A DNA stretch of 64,000 bases from a candidate division WOR-3 bacterium (GCA_965649295.1 CBFGKH010000008.1:77000-140999); one strand, 5' to 3'. Positions 9,824 through 19,740 are shown, counted from the stretch's first letter. Translations and numbers: made by a program. Notes: generated by a model from the sequence alone, not told the origin.

Positions 9824-9897
9824 CGGCAGCAGTGTTATTTCGCCAACTCTTTTTTCGAGCAGCAGCAACTACTGACAGCGCCGGCTGCCCGCGGTTT

Positions 9898-9925
9898 ATC
9901 CTATCGGTCTAGGGCGGTTTGTCAA
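9898..9925 (-). promoter_or_regulatory. sigma70-like promoter
   Basis: TTGACA-16 bp-TAGGAT. Confidence 0.55.
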
Positions 9926-9948
9926 TGCTGCGGGACAGTGGGGGCAGG

Positions 9949-11382
9949 CTAGGGCAGACCGACCAGGCGCAGCCGACAGCCGTCGGCCATTGCCATGTAA
10001 GCACCCGGTTCGAGGCGGATTGCGACCCGCTCGCCCGTGATGGTGCTGGTCAGGACCAGCCGACCAAGAGCGTCAAAGACGTGCACGACCGTACCCGGCT
10101 GGCCAGCTAGGGTGAGCCGACCCCGAAACGGGTTGGGAAAGGCGCGCAGGGCCGCTGGGCCAGTGGTGCTGACAGCAGCCATGCCCGTGGCACCGACATA
10201 GAAACTGTCAAGGGACGTCTCGACGGTGGCGCGGCCGTCGCTGAAGCGAAAGTAGAATCGGTGCCAGCCGTTGGCAAAGCCGGTGAGGAACTCGCTAAAC
10301 TGCGCACCGGCCCAGTAACGGTGGTCGCCATTGACAAGCGCGTAGGGAGTTGAATCAATGAAGCAGCTACGCTCGATCGGCAGGTTTGAGTCGGCATCGG
10401 TGTAGGTGACGTTGAAGCCAAAGCGCGTACCGGGCAGGCCCGAGCGGGGCGAGACAGTGGCTTGGCTTAGCAGCGGCTGACGGTTGAGGTCGGCAGGGAC
10501 AAAGGGTGTGCGGTCGGCGTAGAAGCGGGCCGGCGGAGTGGTGTCGCGGAGGTGGTTGCCGCCGATCGGGAGTATTGTCTGGGTCGTGGCGGCCGCGGCC
10601 AGCCAGCCCACCGAATTGGGCCAGGGGCCGAAGCGCTCGTCTGCGGTGAAGCTTGCAATCGGGCAGCGAAAGTAGAGCCGGTTGCCGCTTGTCTGGGCTT
10701 CGATGTTGGCGATGCGGGTGAAGGCCGACGTGTAGCGGTTGATGAGAAAGAGTCCGGTCGTGAAGACCGCGGGAATGTCGGCGTAAGCCATGGCAAAGAC
10801 CCAGGAGTCGCTGGGTGCTTGAGGATTGACAAACCCAAGCGAGTAGGCAAAGAACGACTGGGGAAAACGGTAGGTGGGCCAGCTCGGATGGTTGTTGGTT
10901 AGCACCGCGTAGAAGTGGCTGGCCGAACGACCGACATAGGCGCCGGTCAGATCAAGCCAGTTGCCTTCAGGGTCAATCGCGTCGCCAATCGGGTCAGGCG
11001 CGGCCAGGGCGAGCAGGTTGTCGGTGGGGGGCCAGGCGTTCTGCTGATTGAGCGGTGACCCGGTGGCAAGGTTGGTGCCGTTACTGGCCTGGATGTAGTA
11101 GTAGCTGCCGAACTGACCGTTCGGAAACTCTGCCTGATAGGTGCTGTCATAGCCCGGGGCCGCGATCGGTGTCATCGGCAGTGCTGTCCAGGTAAGTTGA
11201 CTGTCGCTGGAGAAGAAGAGCAGGGCGGCGGTTGGTCGGTCGCCAGGTCGGTCAGCGATGTCGGCATTGACGGTCACGGTCTGGGCTAGCGCGGCGGCTG
11301 AGTTGCAGATATTCGTCATCACCGGCGCATTCCAGGCAAAAAGCGCCAATAGGGCCGCGCTGAGTAACGGGCCGGTGGCCAT
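9949..11382 (-). CDS. Secreted protein with C-terminal T9SS type-A-like sorting domain
   Basis: Signal peptide; C-terminal AFPNPF...VFDALGRLV...LEPGAY. Confidence 0.75.
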   Translation of the reverse strand: MATGPLLSAALLALFAWNAPVMTNICNSAAALAQTVTVNADIADRPGDRPTAALLFFSSDSQLTWTALPMTPIAAPGYDSTYQAEFPNGQFGSYYYIQASNGTNLATGSPLNQQNAWPPTDNLLALAAPDPIGDAIDPEGNWLDLTGAYVGRSASHFYAVLTNNHPSWPTYRFPQSFFAYSLGFVNPQAPSDSWVFAMAYADIPAVFTTGLFLINRYTSAFTRIANIEAQTSGNRLYFRCPIASFTADERFGPWPNSVGWLAAAATTQTILPIGGNHLRDTTPPARFYADRTPFVPADLNRQPLLSQATVSPRSGLPGTRFGFNVTYTDADSNLPIERSCFIDSTPYALVNGDHRYWAGAQFSEFLTGFANGWHRFYFRFSDGRATVETSLDSFYVGATGMAAVSTTGPAALRAFPNPFRGRLTLAGQPGTVVHVFDALGRLVLTSTITGERVAIRLEPGAYMAMADGCRLRLVGLP

Positions 11383-11513
11383 GGTAGTTCACTCTAGCAC
11401 GGTCGCTCGACAGGCGCAAGCCTTGACCAGTTGTCGTTTGGTAGTAACTTTAGGCGGCCTGCGCCACTTGTCGGGCAGCGGTGCAGGCCGTAACCACTAA
11501 GGAGCAGCAACGC

Positions 11514-12227
11514 GTGAAAAGATTACGATTGCTCGCCGCCATCGGTCTTCTTGCTCAACTGGCGATGGCTGTTGCCTACTTGCCGTCGGCACGGGTTGGG
11601 TTTCGCCACGAACCAGGAGTCGAGACCAATCTTGTGCTCGGTGCTGGCATCGCAGTAATGCCGGGTGCCGGCATCACGCTCGACGGCAATATCGGCTTTG
11701 CCCTGCTAGAGCAGATGGGAATCGCCCACTACCGTCTGGGCGCAACTGCCTATCCGCTGTGGGCCGAACGGCTCGGGCTGGAGCTTGCCTTTGAGCATGA
11801 CCAGTGGGTCGAGTGGTATGCGGGCGAGAATCGAGCCGTTGGCATGGTGCGAGTGCGACCACGACCAGGTTTTGAGTTTGGGCTGGGCGCGGCCTGGCGG
11901 GCACCGGTCTATGGCGACAGTGCCAATCCTGATTCCTATAGCTCGCCCTTCAACTGGCAAAGCGACTGGCCAGAATGGAACCTGCTTTACGAGCTAAGCT
12001 GGCGGTTTGTCAGCAGCCCGCGCTTTGGGCTTGGCGCATACCTGGCCAATCACGATGGGTGGTATCTGCGCAATCCGCAGCAGTTCCCGTTCGGGTTCGA
12101 TGCCGACTACCGGAACGGCGATTATCTTTTCGCTGCTAGGCTCGGCTCAAACATCAAGGGGCTGTCTGGCCTGCTCTTCAGTCTTGGTGAGTTGCGACTC
12201 GACTTGGGGGTGAAGCGTGTGTTCTAG
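11514..12227 (+). CDS. Putative outer-membrane beta-barrel protein
   Basis: GTG after AAGGAG, signal peptide, alternating aromatic/Gly strands, C-terminal Phe. Confidence 0.55.
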   Translation: MKRLRLLAAIGLLAQLAMAVAYLPSARVGFRHEPGVETNLVLGAGIAVMPGAGITLDGNIGFALLEQMGIAHYRLGATAYPLWAERLGLELAFEHDQWVEWYAGENRAVGMVRVRPRPGFEFGLGAAWRAPVYGDSANPDSYSSPFNWQSDWPEWNLLYELSWRFVSSPRFGLGAYLANHDGWYLRNPQQFPFGFDADYRNGDYLFAARLGSNIKGLSGLLFSLGELRLDLGVKRVF

Positions 12228-13074
12228 GGCAAGCTGGCTTTGGAGGAGCGGCCTACTACTGCTGGCTGGATTGCTGCTGGCTGGCTGCGAATACGAGACC
12301 CGGCAGTTCTTCTGCCGGCCACCAGTTGACGGGCGTGTCGCCGCTAGCGAGACGACAGCTCTTCAGACCGGGCCCGCAAGCCTCGCGCTGCCGGACAGCT
12401 TCCGTTTCGCCGTTATCAGCGACCTCCACTTCTACAAAGAATCACATCCAGTGCGGCTGCCATTTTTCCGCGATACCGTGCCCGGTCTGGGCATCGCCTT
12501 CTTCTGCGTCACCGGCGACATCACCGACCACGGCCTTGACAGCGAGTACGTTGCTGCCCGGGCCGCGCTCGATTCAATTGGCCTGCCCTACTATGTTACG
12601 ACCGGCAATCACGACCTCTACGCGGCTGGGAGCTGGGAGCGGTTCCGGCAGACCTTTGGACCAAGCTGCTATGCGGTGGTTGTGGCCGACCGGCTCAAGC
12701 TCATCTTTCTCGACACGGCCGATGGTCTAGTTGGTCAGCGGCAGTTTGACTGGCTTGAAGCCCAGCTCAACGACAACGACGCGACGGTCAAGATTGTGCT
12801 CACCCACTTTCCCAGCTACGACGGGGCAGTGCCGATAATGTGGCGGCTGGCGAGCGGCGCCGAGCGGTACAAGCTTCAGTATTACCTTGACTCATTTGGG
12901 GTGAAAGCCTACATTGCCGGCCACACCCATGGCTGGCGCCACTCGACCATCGGCAACGTCGAGCACTTTACCAACTCCCTGGCGCCCGGCGTGCCTGACT
13001 ACGGCACCCACGGCATCCTTGTCTTCACCTTTGCCGACGACTCGCTTTCCTGGGAGCGCGTCAGGGTCGAGTAG
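12217..13074 (+). CDS. Metallophosphoesterase (calcineurin-like) lipoprotein
   Basis: LLAGC lipobox; SDLH, TGDITD, GNHD, GHTH motifs. Confidence 0.88.
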   Translation: MCSRASWLWRSGLLLLAGLLLAGCEYETRQFFCRPPVDGRVAASETTALQTGPASLALPDSFRFAVISDLHFYKESHPVRLPFFRDTVPGLGIAFFCVTGDITDHGLDSEYVAARAALDSIGLPYYVTTGNHDLYAAGSWERFRQTFGPSCYAVVVADRLKLIFLDTADGLVGQRQFDWLEAQLNDNDATVKIVLTHFPSYDGAVPIMWRLASGAERYKLQYYLDSFGVKAYIAGHTHGWRHSTIGNVEHFTNSLAPGVPDYGTHGILVFTFADDSLSWERVRVE

Positions 13075-13138
13075 TACAGTCCCAACGATAGAAGACAAAG
13101 AGAATTAAGCCGCAAACAGCCGCCTCACAATACTTCTA

Positions 13139-13170
13139 TTGACATTGCGACAGTAAAACTGTATTATAAT
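13139..13170 (+). promoter_or_regulatory. MerR-type promoter/operator
   Basis: TTGACA-20 bp-TATAAT with dyad ACAGT-AAA-ACTGT (13150-13162) in the spacer. Confidence 0.7.
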
Positions 13171-13176
13171 GGCGCA

Positions 13177-13629
13177 ATGAGCCAAATACCTGGCCGTTAC
13201 AGTATCGACGAGTTGGCGCTTCTGACCGGTCTGACCAAGCGCACAATCCGGTACTACATCCAAATCGGCTTGGTCGAACGACCGGAAGGCGTCCGGCGGG
13301 GCGCGTTCTACACCGATCGGCATCTTGAGCAGCTCATCAATGCGAGTGGGCTCAGGCAGGCTGGGTTGACGCTCGATGGCGTGCGCCGTCAACTTGCTGC
13401 CACGCCGGTGCTGCCGGCGCGGCCGGTCGGGGCCGGCGTAGAGGTGTGGAGCCGCATCACCGTCCGCGATGGCATCGAACTAAACATCGAGCCGCACCGT
13501 GCCGGGCTGCGGCCGGAACAAGTCCGTGAACTCTGCCACACGATAGTCCGCGCGGTCGAGGCGCTCGCGGCCGAGAACGAGGGGGGCTTGATGGTGGCAG
13601 ATCGTCCGTCCGACAGCAAAGGAGAATAG
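13177..13629 (+). CDS. MerR family HTH transcriptional regulator
   Basis: YSIDELALLTGLTKRTIRYYIQIGLV...YTDRHLEQL. Confidence 0.88.
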   Translation: MSQIPGRYSIDELALLTGLTKRTIRYYIQIGLVERPEGVRRGAFYTDRHLEQLINASGLRQAGLTLDGVRRQLAATPVLPARPVGAGVEVWSRITVRDGIELNIEPHRAGLRPEQVRELCHTIVRAVEALAAENEGGLMVADRPSDSKGE

Positions 13630-13632
13630 GAG

Positions 13633-15849
13633 ATGAGCATTGCAAGACAGGCCCCAGAACTGATTGGCACCGGGCAGGAACAGGCCGTGTTGGTTGGCGT
13701 CAGCGTTGCCGCTAGGCTGCGCGACCTGCTGTCCGAGGTGACGATCGAGCAGACCTACCGTAACAGCGGCAAGCGCAACATTGAAGCGGTCTATACTTTT
13801 CCGCTGCCGGCCAACGCCGAACTGCTGGCGCTGGAAGTGGAACTAGGCGAGCGTCGGTTGCGCGGCAAGGCGGTGAAGAAGTCCGAGGCGCAGGAGCGGT
13901 ACGAGGACGCGATTACCGACGGCGATGCCGCGGTGATGCTCGAACAGACCCAGCCCGGCATCTTCACGATGAACGTCGGCAACCTGCTGCCGGGCGAAAC
14001 CTGTCGTATCCGGTTTCGCTACGCGGAGCTACTTGCCTGGCAGGGCGACACGCTTCGGTTCCTGCTACCAACGGTCATCGCTCCGCGCTATGGTGACGCC
14101 TGGCGTGCGGGCGTGCAGCCCCACGCCGCGCCTGAAACCGACCCGACTGGCGACCTGCGCCACGAGTACGCCTTGCGAGTCGAAGTCGAGGGGCTGCTCG
14201 CGGGGGCCGACATCACGTCGCCATCCCACGAGGTTGTGGTGACGCGCGCTGGTGACCGAACCGTGGTTGTGCCGAAGGCGGAACGCGTGGTGATGGACCG
14301 CGACTTCGTCCTCAACCTGAAGAGCAGCGACGCCAACCGCTCGGCTGCGACCTACGGCCCGGACCGGGATGGCTACGTCGTGCTTGCGTCGTTCAACCCG
14401 AACCTGCCCGTAGTCGAAACCGCACCGCGCCGCATCAAGATCGTCGTGGATTGCTCCGGCTCGATGGGCGGCGACTCGATTGCCCAGGCCCGCGAGGCCC
14501 TGCTCCTCATTCTCGACAGGCTCCGGCCGCAGGACGAGTTCGACATCATCATGTTCGGTAGCACTTACCGGTCCCTGTTCGGCCGGTGCCTGCCCGCCAC
14601 GCCCGAGAACGTCGAGCAAGCGCGCTCGGCCTGCGCGCGCCTCGACGCCAATATGGGCGGCACGGAAATCGGCCAAGCCCTGCTGGCCGCGTTCAGGACC
14701 AGCGGCACCGCCGACATCAAGGGCGGCGACGTCCTACTTATCACCGACGGCGAGGTCTGGCAGTCAGCCGAGGCAATCGCGGCTGCGCGCGGGTCCGGCC
14801 ACCGCGTCTTCACGGTCGGCGTTGGCAACTCGGTTGCCGAAGCGGTCGTGCGCGGTTTGGCCGAACAGACCGGCGGTGCCTGCGAACTCGTCGCCCCGAA
14901 CGAACAGATGGCCGAGAAAATCGTCCGCCACTTCTGCCGCATCTACGCGGTGCGGACCTGCCGTGCCACCGTCGTCTGGCCGGGGAAACCGAACTCAGTC
15001 GTGCCCGAGCGGCTGAGCGCGGTGTACGACGGCGACACAGTTCACGTCTTCGCCCGGTTCAGCGAGAAACCCGCTGGCGAAGTGGTGTTCAAGGCGTGGC
15101 TCGAGGACGGGACCGAACTGGGCCAACGCGTGCCCCTGCAGTCGGAAGCCGACGCTGCGAACCCAAGCACGATTGCTCGGCTCGCGGCCGCGACCGAGAT
15201 TCGTGGTATCACTGCCGGTCGCAGCGCCGATGAGTGTACGCTAAAAGAGCAGCAACGCGCGGTAGAACTGGCCGAGGCCTACGACCTCGTCACCGATTTC
15301 ACCAACTACCTCGTGGTGGAGACGCGGGCCGAGGACAAAAAAGCCGGCGACCTGCCCGATCTCTATAAGGTCAAGCAGATGCGTCCAGCTGGGATGGCTA
15401 TGTTTGCGGCACGACCGATGGAGTACATGGCGTTTAATTACGTGTGCCGCTTGGACGAGCCAATGTTCTGCTTGAGACAGATGGATATGCCGACATTCGT
15501 GCGTTGCGAGCGGAACACAGACCAACATGGCTGGCGAGTCCGACTTGCAGCCAGGCTTGACGCACTGCACCCGGACCAGCGCGGCCTGTCGCTGCAGGTC
15601 AGCACCATCGCCGAGCTGGAAATGCTCGGCCTGCCGAGAAGGCTGGCCGACGAACTGCGTCGGCTTGTCCGGCAGGGCGTGAGCGAAGAACAGGTTGTGG
15701 TTAGCTTCCTCTACGAGCTCAGCGACATGGCGGTGTTTGGCCGGTCAACGCGCCGCGCGATACGTCAGGCGCACAAAGCTCATCCGGCTCCGGAAGCACT
15801 GGTGCGACTAGTCCGCTCCATCCTTGCCGCAGACAACGGGTCTGCCTGA
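13633..15849 (+). CDS. VIT + VWA domain protein
   Basis: VIT (QTYRN...EAVYTFPLP...AQERYEDAI...NVGNL) and VWA (VVDCSGSM, GGTEI, LITDG). Confidence 0.92.
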   Translation: MSIARQAPELIGTGQEQAVLVGVSVAARLRDLLSEVTIEQTYRNSGKRNIEAVYTFPLPANAELLALEVELGERRLRGKAVKKSEAQERYEDAITDGDAAVMLEQTQPGIFTMNVGNLLPGETCRIRFRYAELLAWQGDTLRFLLPTVIAPRYGDAWRAGVQPHAAPETDPTGDLRHEYALRVEVEGLLAGADITSPSHEVVVTRAGDRTVVVPKAERVVMDRDFVLNLKSSDANRSAATYGPDRDGYVVLASFNPNLPVVETAPRRIKIVVDCSGSMGGDSIAQAREALLLILDRLRPQDEFDIIMFGSTYRSLFGRCLPATPENVEQARSACARLDANMGGTEIGQALLAAFRTSGTADIKGGDVLLITDGEVWQSAEAIAAARGSGHRVFTVGVGNSVAEAVVRGLAEQTGGACELVAPNEQMAEKIVRHFCRIYAVRTCRATVVWPGKPNSVVPERLSAVYDGDTVHVFARFSEKPAGEVVFKAWLEDGTELGQRVPLQSEADAANPSTIARLAAATEIRGITAGRSADECTLKEQQRAVELAEAYDLVTDFTNYLVVETRAEDKKAGDLPDLYKVKQMRPAGMAMFAARPMEYMAFNYVCRLDEPMFCLRQMDMPTFVRCERNTDQHGWRVRLAARLDALHPDQRGLSLQVSTIAELEMLGLPRRLADELRRLVRQGVSEEQVVVSFLYELSDMAVFGRSTRRAIRQAHKAHPAPEALVRLVRSILAADNGSA

Positions 15850-15878
15850 CCGGCCGGGCGCACCAACGGTCAGCTTAG

Positions 15879-15912
15879 GCCAAGAACCCGCCGCATCGGG
15901 CGGGTTCTTGGC
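15879..15912. terminator. Hairpin between convergent genes
   Basis: GCCAAGAACCCGCC-6 nt-GGCGGGTTCTTGGC, 14-bp perfect stem. Confidence 0.7.
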
Positions 15913-15922
15913 TCCCGAGTCA

Positions 15923-16642
15923 TTAGTCCAGCCTGCCGCGCTCGGACATCTCTGCGAAGAGCGCGAGTACGGCTTGCTTGGTTCGGGCAAAGGGAGCAGG
16001 TGGTAAGTTGTGCTGTTCGGCCCAGTGGGCGAGTGCGGCGAGTTGGCGCTCGCGCACTGCCGGTCTTGAGTTGCGGGTGCGGCGGAGAATGGAGAAGAGC
16101 TTGCGAGCATAGGCCTTGATGTTGATGGCGAGCGGGTCGCGGACACCGATCCGTAGCTCGTCGAGCACGCTGACGACGACCTTCATCAGTTCCTTGTCTT
16201 GGCGCACGGCCGCGGCCTGTCGCACCGCTGCTCTAGCCAGCCGCTCAAGCTTTTCTGGCTTATTGGTCTTGGCCAGTAGCCCATCATAGTAGTTCAGGGC
16301 GCGGCGGCGCTCGTCCTCAGGGGCGCTCGCCAGCATCTCGAGCAGGCGCTGGCGAAGGGCAGGGCTCGGCTTGGTTGCAGTATCGAAGATGTCTGCTAAC
16401 GCGGTGATGCTCTGCTGGGTTGCGCGTAGATAGTCCACGACCGAATTGATAGTCAGATAGGGCAGGTTGCCGCGCTCAATCTGCGATACGTGAGACTTGC
16501 CGCCCGGCCCGGTCTTGCCCATGAGCAGGGCGACTTGGGTTTGGGTAAGTCCGGCCTGCTTGCGCAGTTCGCGCAGGCGCTGGCCGAGCGATAGGACGAA
16601 CGCTCGGGCGGCTGGGTCGCTTGAGTAGCGTCGCCGGCTCAC
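15923..16642 (-). CDS. XRE family HTH regulator with helical C-terminal extension
   Basis: LGQRLRELRKQAGLTQTQVA...HVSQIERG; promoter TTGCTG-17-TATACT ends 6 nt before the GTG. Confidence 0.85.
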   Translation of the reverse strand: MSRRRYSSDPAARAFVLSLGQRLRELRKQAGLTQTQVALLMGKTGPGGKSHVSQIERGNLPYLTINSVVDYLRATQQSITALADIFDTATKPSPALRQRLLEMLASAPEDERRRALNYYDGLLAKTNKPEKLERLARAAVRQAAAVRQDKELMKVVVSVLDELRIGVRDPLAINIKAYARKLFSILRRTRNSRPAVRERQLAALAHWAEQHNLPPAPFARTKQAVLALFAEMSERGRLD

Positions 16643-16731
16643 GCCTCAAGTATAAAGTTAGTACACACCTCCAGCAAGGGTCTTGCAGTCATAACTGGTT
16701 GGCAGAATTACCGTTAGGCCGCGTTCGCCAA

Positions 16732-17043
16732 TCTGCCCCAGGGCGTCCCGGGGACGGCCCCAGGAGTCTCTCGCCGAGTCACTGGTTCGGTTGTCTCTTA
16801 CGCGGTTCCTGCGGCTGTTCCTCGAGACGTCCGAGGGGCCGTTATCCGTGGGGCTTGCTAAGCTGCCCGGCGAGAGGTCGTCCGAGGTGCCCGGCGAGGA
16901 GTCGGTTACGCTGTTCCGGGCTGGGTTGGGAAGACGGCTTGGGGCAGAGCTTGCCCGAGTCTCGGCCGCGGTGCTGGGGGAGCTACTTGTCGGGCTGCTT
17001 TGCAGGCTGCGGCCCGAACCGCTCGCCGGTACCTGCTTGGTGC
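16732..17043. repeat. Degenerate 12-bp-periodic tract 1
   Basis: About 26 consecutive 12-mers, most fitting NGYY at the start. Seen as a 4-residue period in translation (RPGD GPRS ... CPAR GRPR CPAR SRLR). Confidence 0.6.
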
Positions 17044-17052
17044 TGGCTTACC

Positions 17053-18258
17053 CTAGCGGCCGAGGAAGGTGCGGATGAACCCGTCGCCGCGGAGTTCGCC
17101 GAGCAGGCCGGCTTTGACCGATTCCTCGTCGTAGCGCTGGACCGAGTCGGCTGGGAACGCCCGGCCCATTATCGCCACGGGCACGGCGCCGTGGACGTGG
17201 GTGCCGGTTGATACCGGGGTCGGATGGTCAGGCAGGACCGCGACCGTGGCCTCGATGCCTTTCTCTTCAAGACCGCGCATCACCCGGCTGATGAGTCGCC
17301 GGTCAAGGAACTCGATGGCCTGAATTTTCTCTTTCACGTTCTTGGAATGGCCGGCCTCGTCCGGGGCCTCGACGTGGACATAGACAAAGTCGTGGTCAGC
17401 AAGAGCAGCGAGGCAGGCATCGGCCTTGCCTTCGAAGTTGGTGTCAATCAGTCCGGTCGCACCTTCGACCGGAATCGAATCGAGCCCGGCATATCTGCCG
17501 ACACCGTGAATCAGGTCAACTGCCGAGATGACGGCGCCGGTCAGACCGAACATCTCCTGATAGGTTGCCATCTTGGGCCGGTGGCCGGCAGACCAGGGCC
17601 AGATTGAGTTGGCCGGATCCTTGCCCTTGGCAACCCGCTGCTGGTTGACCGCGTGTCCGGGCAGTATCTCCCAGGATTTGTGAATCAGTCGGGTCAACAG
17701 TTCAGCGGTTGGCTCGGCTGCGGCAGTTCTTGCCTTGGGCAGCAGCGCGGCAGCGGGCTCGCCGACGTGGTCGTGGGGCGGTGCCAGTTCGAGTTCGGCA
17801 GAGCCGGAACTGAGCACGAGTAGGTGGCGGTAGGAGATGCCGGGGAAGAAGTGGACGTTCTCGTTGCCGAGGTGGCGGTCAATTGTGCGAATCAGTTCTG
17901 CGCCTTCCGGGGTTGAGATGTGGCCGGCAGAGTGGTTCTTGATGCGGCCGTCTTGCAGGCAGATGAGGTTACAGCGCATCGCCACATCGTTTGGCCGGAT
18001 TTCGACGCCCATACTGGCGGCTTCGAGCACACCGCGGCCCTGGTGGCACTGCTTTGGGTCGTAGCCGAGCACGGTCAGGTTGGCAACCTCAGAGCCGGGC
18101 GGCATGTCGTCTTCGACCGTGACAAATGTGCCGCACCGGCCCAATCGGGCGATTCCGTCCATTGTCGGCTTCTGCGCTACCTGAAGCGGAGTCTTGTGGC
18201 CAAGCTCCGGTACCGGATAGTCGGCCATTCCGTCGCCAAGGAAGATGATGTACTTCAT
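17053..18258 (-). CDS. apgM: ApgM-family cofactor-independent phosphoglycerate mutase-like protein (proposed homoserine kinase subgroup)
   Basis: GDGMAD, PPGSEVANL, GRGVLEAAS, HVEAPDEAGH, PDHPTP; follows thrC. Confidence 0.85.
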   Translation of the reverse strand: MKYIIFLGDGMADYPVPELGHKTPLQVAQKPTMDGIARLGRCGTFVTVEDDMPPGSEVANLTVLGYDPKQCHQGRGVLEAASMGVEIRPNDVAMRCNLICLQDGRIKNHSAGHISTPEGAELIRTIDRHLGNENVHFFPGISYRHLLVLSSGSAELELAPPHDHVGEPAAALLPKARTAAAEPTAELLTRLIHKSWEILPGHAVNQQRVAKGKDPANSIWPWSAGHRPKMATYQEMFGLTGAVISAVDLIHGVGRYAGLDSIPVEGATGLIDTNFEGKADACLAALADHDFVYVHVEAPDEAGHSKNVKEKIQAIEFLDRRLISRVMRGLEEKGIEATVAVLPDHPTPVSTGTHVHGAVPVAIMGRAFPADSVQRYDEESVKAGLLGELRGDGFIRTFLGR

Positions 18259-18312
18259 TGGGAAGTGAACGAGTGGGCTAGTCGGTGTCGGCCAATGGTG
18301 ACCACGTGCGAC

Positions 18313-19668
18313 CTAGAGGGCTTTTTGCAGGTAGTCCTTGAACCAGCGATAGTCGTTTGGGCCCTGGTCGTAGTGCTCGGGCTTGTGGTCGAGGCCGGCG
18401 AGTGCCGGCGGCAGTTCGGGTTCGATGCCAAGCAGCCGGCTAATCTCCTCAGGAAACTTGGCCGGGTGGGCAGTTTCGAGGGAGACGGCAAAGCCGGACT
18501 GGTCAAGCGGTGAGCTGGCGAGATACTCTTCCAGCGCGGCCCAGCCGACAGCGCCGTGGGGTTCGAGCATGACCCGGTGGTTTTGCCAGGTGCGGACGAT
18601 TGCCTGACGGGTGGCGTCCTCAGAGATGCTGGTTGAGTACATGTCGCGGCGCATGGCCGCAAAGTCGGGTTGGACCTTGACATTGCCCTGCTCGTCCATC
18701 TGGCCGCCATAGAGCGCAACCAGCCGGGGCAGGTTGGACGGATGGCCGACGTTCATCGCCGAGGAGATGCAGACGCGGGACGGCACAACCTTCTCGTAGC
18801 GGCCAGTGGCAAGGAAGCGGGGAAACTCGTCGTTGGCGTTGGTGGCAATGATGAACCGCTCGGCAGGCAGCCCCATTTTGAATGCAAACATCCCGCCGCA
18901 CATGTCGCCGAAGTTGCCCGAGGGAACCGAGAACAACGCCGGCTCGCCCCGCTCCTGCAGCTTTGCCCAGGCGTAGAAGTAATAGACTGACTGGGGCAAT
19001 AGCCGGCCGATGTTGATCGAGTTGGCGGAGGAGAAGGGGATGTTTTTGAGGTCGGGGTCGGCAAAGGCCTGCTTGACCAGGGCTTGGCAGTCGTCGAACT
19101 TGCCGTCAATGCTGATGATGGTGACATTGCCACCAAGGGTGGTCATCTGCTTGCGCTGGCGGGAGGTTACTTCCTTTTCGGGAAAGAGGACAATGACGCG
19201 GATGCGTTCGACATTGTGGAACGCGGCGGCAACCGCCGAGCCGGTGTCGCCAGAAGTGGCGGTGAGGATGACGATTTCGCCGCCCTGTTGCTTGAGAAAG
19301 TAGCGCATCATCCTGGCCATTGCCCGGGCGGCAAAGTCTTTGAAGCTGGCAGTCGGCCCTTGGTCGAGGCGGAGCACATAGAGCCCATCCCGCACCGGTT
19401 CGAGCGGCACCGGATAGTCGTAGCACTCCTGGCAGATGCGGCCAAGCTCGTCGTCGGGTATCAGGCCGGCAGTGAACCGGCGCAAAACCGCAAAGGCAAT
19501 CTCGTGGTAGGGCTTGTCCCGGAACCCCAATATCTCCTCGCGCGGGATTACCGGCAGCTCGCGCGGCATATACAGGCCTTTGTCCGGAGCCTGGCCGGTC
19601 AGCAGGGCGGTGCGGAGATTGACATCGGGCGAGGACAGGTTAGTGGAGAACAGGCTAGTGGAGGACAT
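18313..19668 (-). CDS. thrC: Threonine synthase
   Basis: GPTASFKDF (PLP Lys), TATSGDTG, NSINIGRL, VPSGNFG, TAHPAKF. Confidence 0.95.
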   Translation of the reverse strand: MSSTSLFSTNLSSPDVNLRTALLTGQAPDKGLYMPRELPVIPREEILGFRDKPYHEIAFAVLRRFTAGLIPDDELGRICQECYDYPVPLEPVRDGLYVLRLDQGPTASFKDFAARAMARMMRYFLKQQGGEIVILTATSGDTGSAVAAAFHNVERIRVIVLFPEKEVTSRQRKQMTTLGGNVTIISIDGKFDDCQALVKQAFADPDLKNIPFSSANSINIGRLLPQSVYYFYAWAKLQERGEPALFSVPSGNFGDMCGGMFAFKMGLPAERFIIATNANDEFPRFLATGRYEKVVPSRVCISSAMNVGHPSNLPRLVALYGGQMDEQGNVKVQPDFAAMRRDMYSTSISEDATRQAIVRTWQNHRVMLEPHGAVGWAALEEYLASSPLDQSGFAVSLETAHPAKFPEEISRLLGIEPELPPALAGLDHKPEHYDQGPNDYRWFKDYLQKAL

Positions 19669-19740
19669 GGCTAGTGAAGGATGCGACCAGTGGTTAGGTT
19701 AGTGACGGACAGGGCGAGCGAGAAGTACGAAAGAAGCAAG

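Noticed and set aside
16621..17211. 196-aa and 95-aa plus-strand ORFs as real genes
   Set aside because: They overlap the XRE and apgM genes, lack an RBS, and are explained by the periodic tract.
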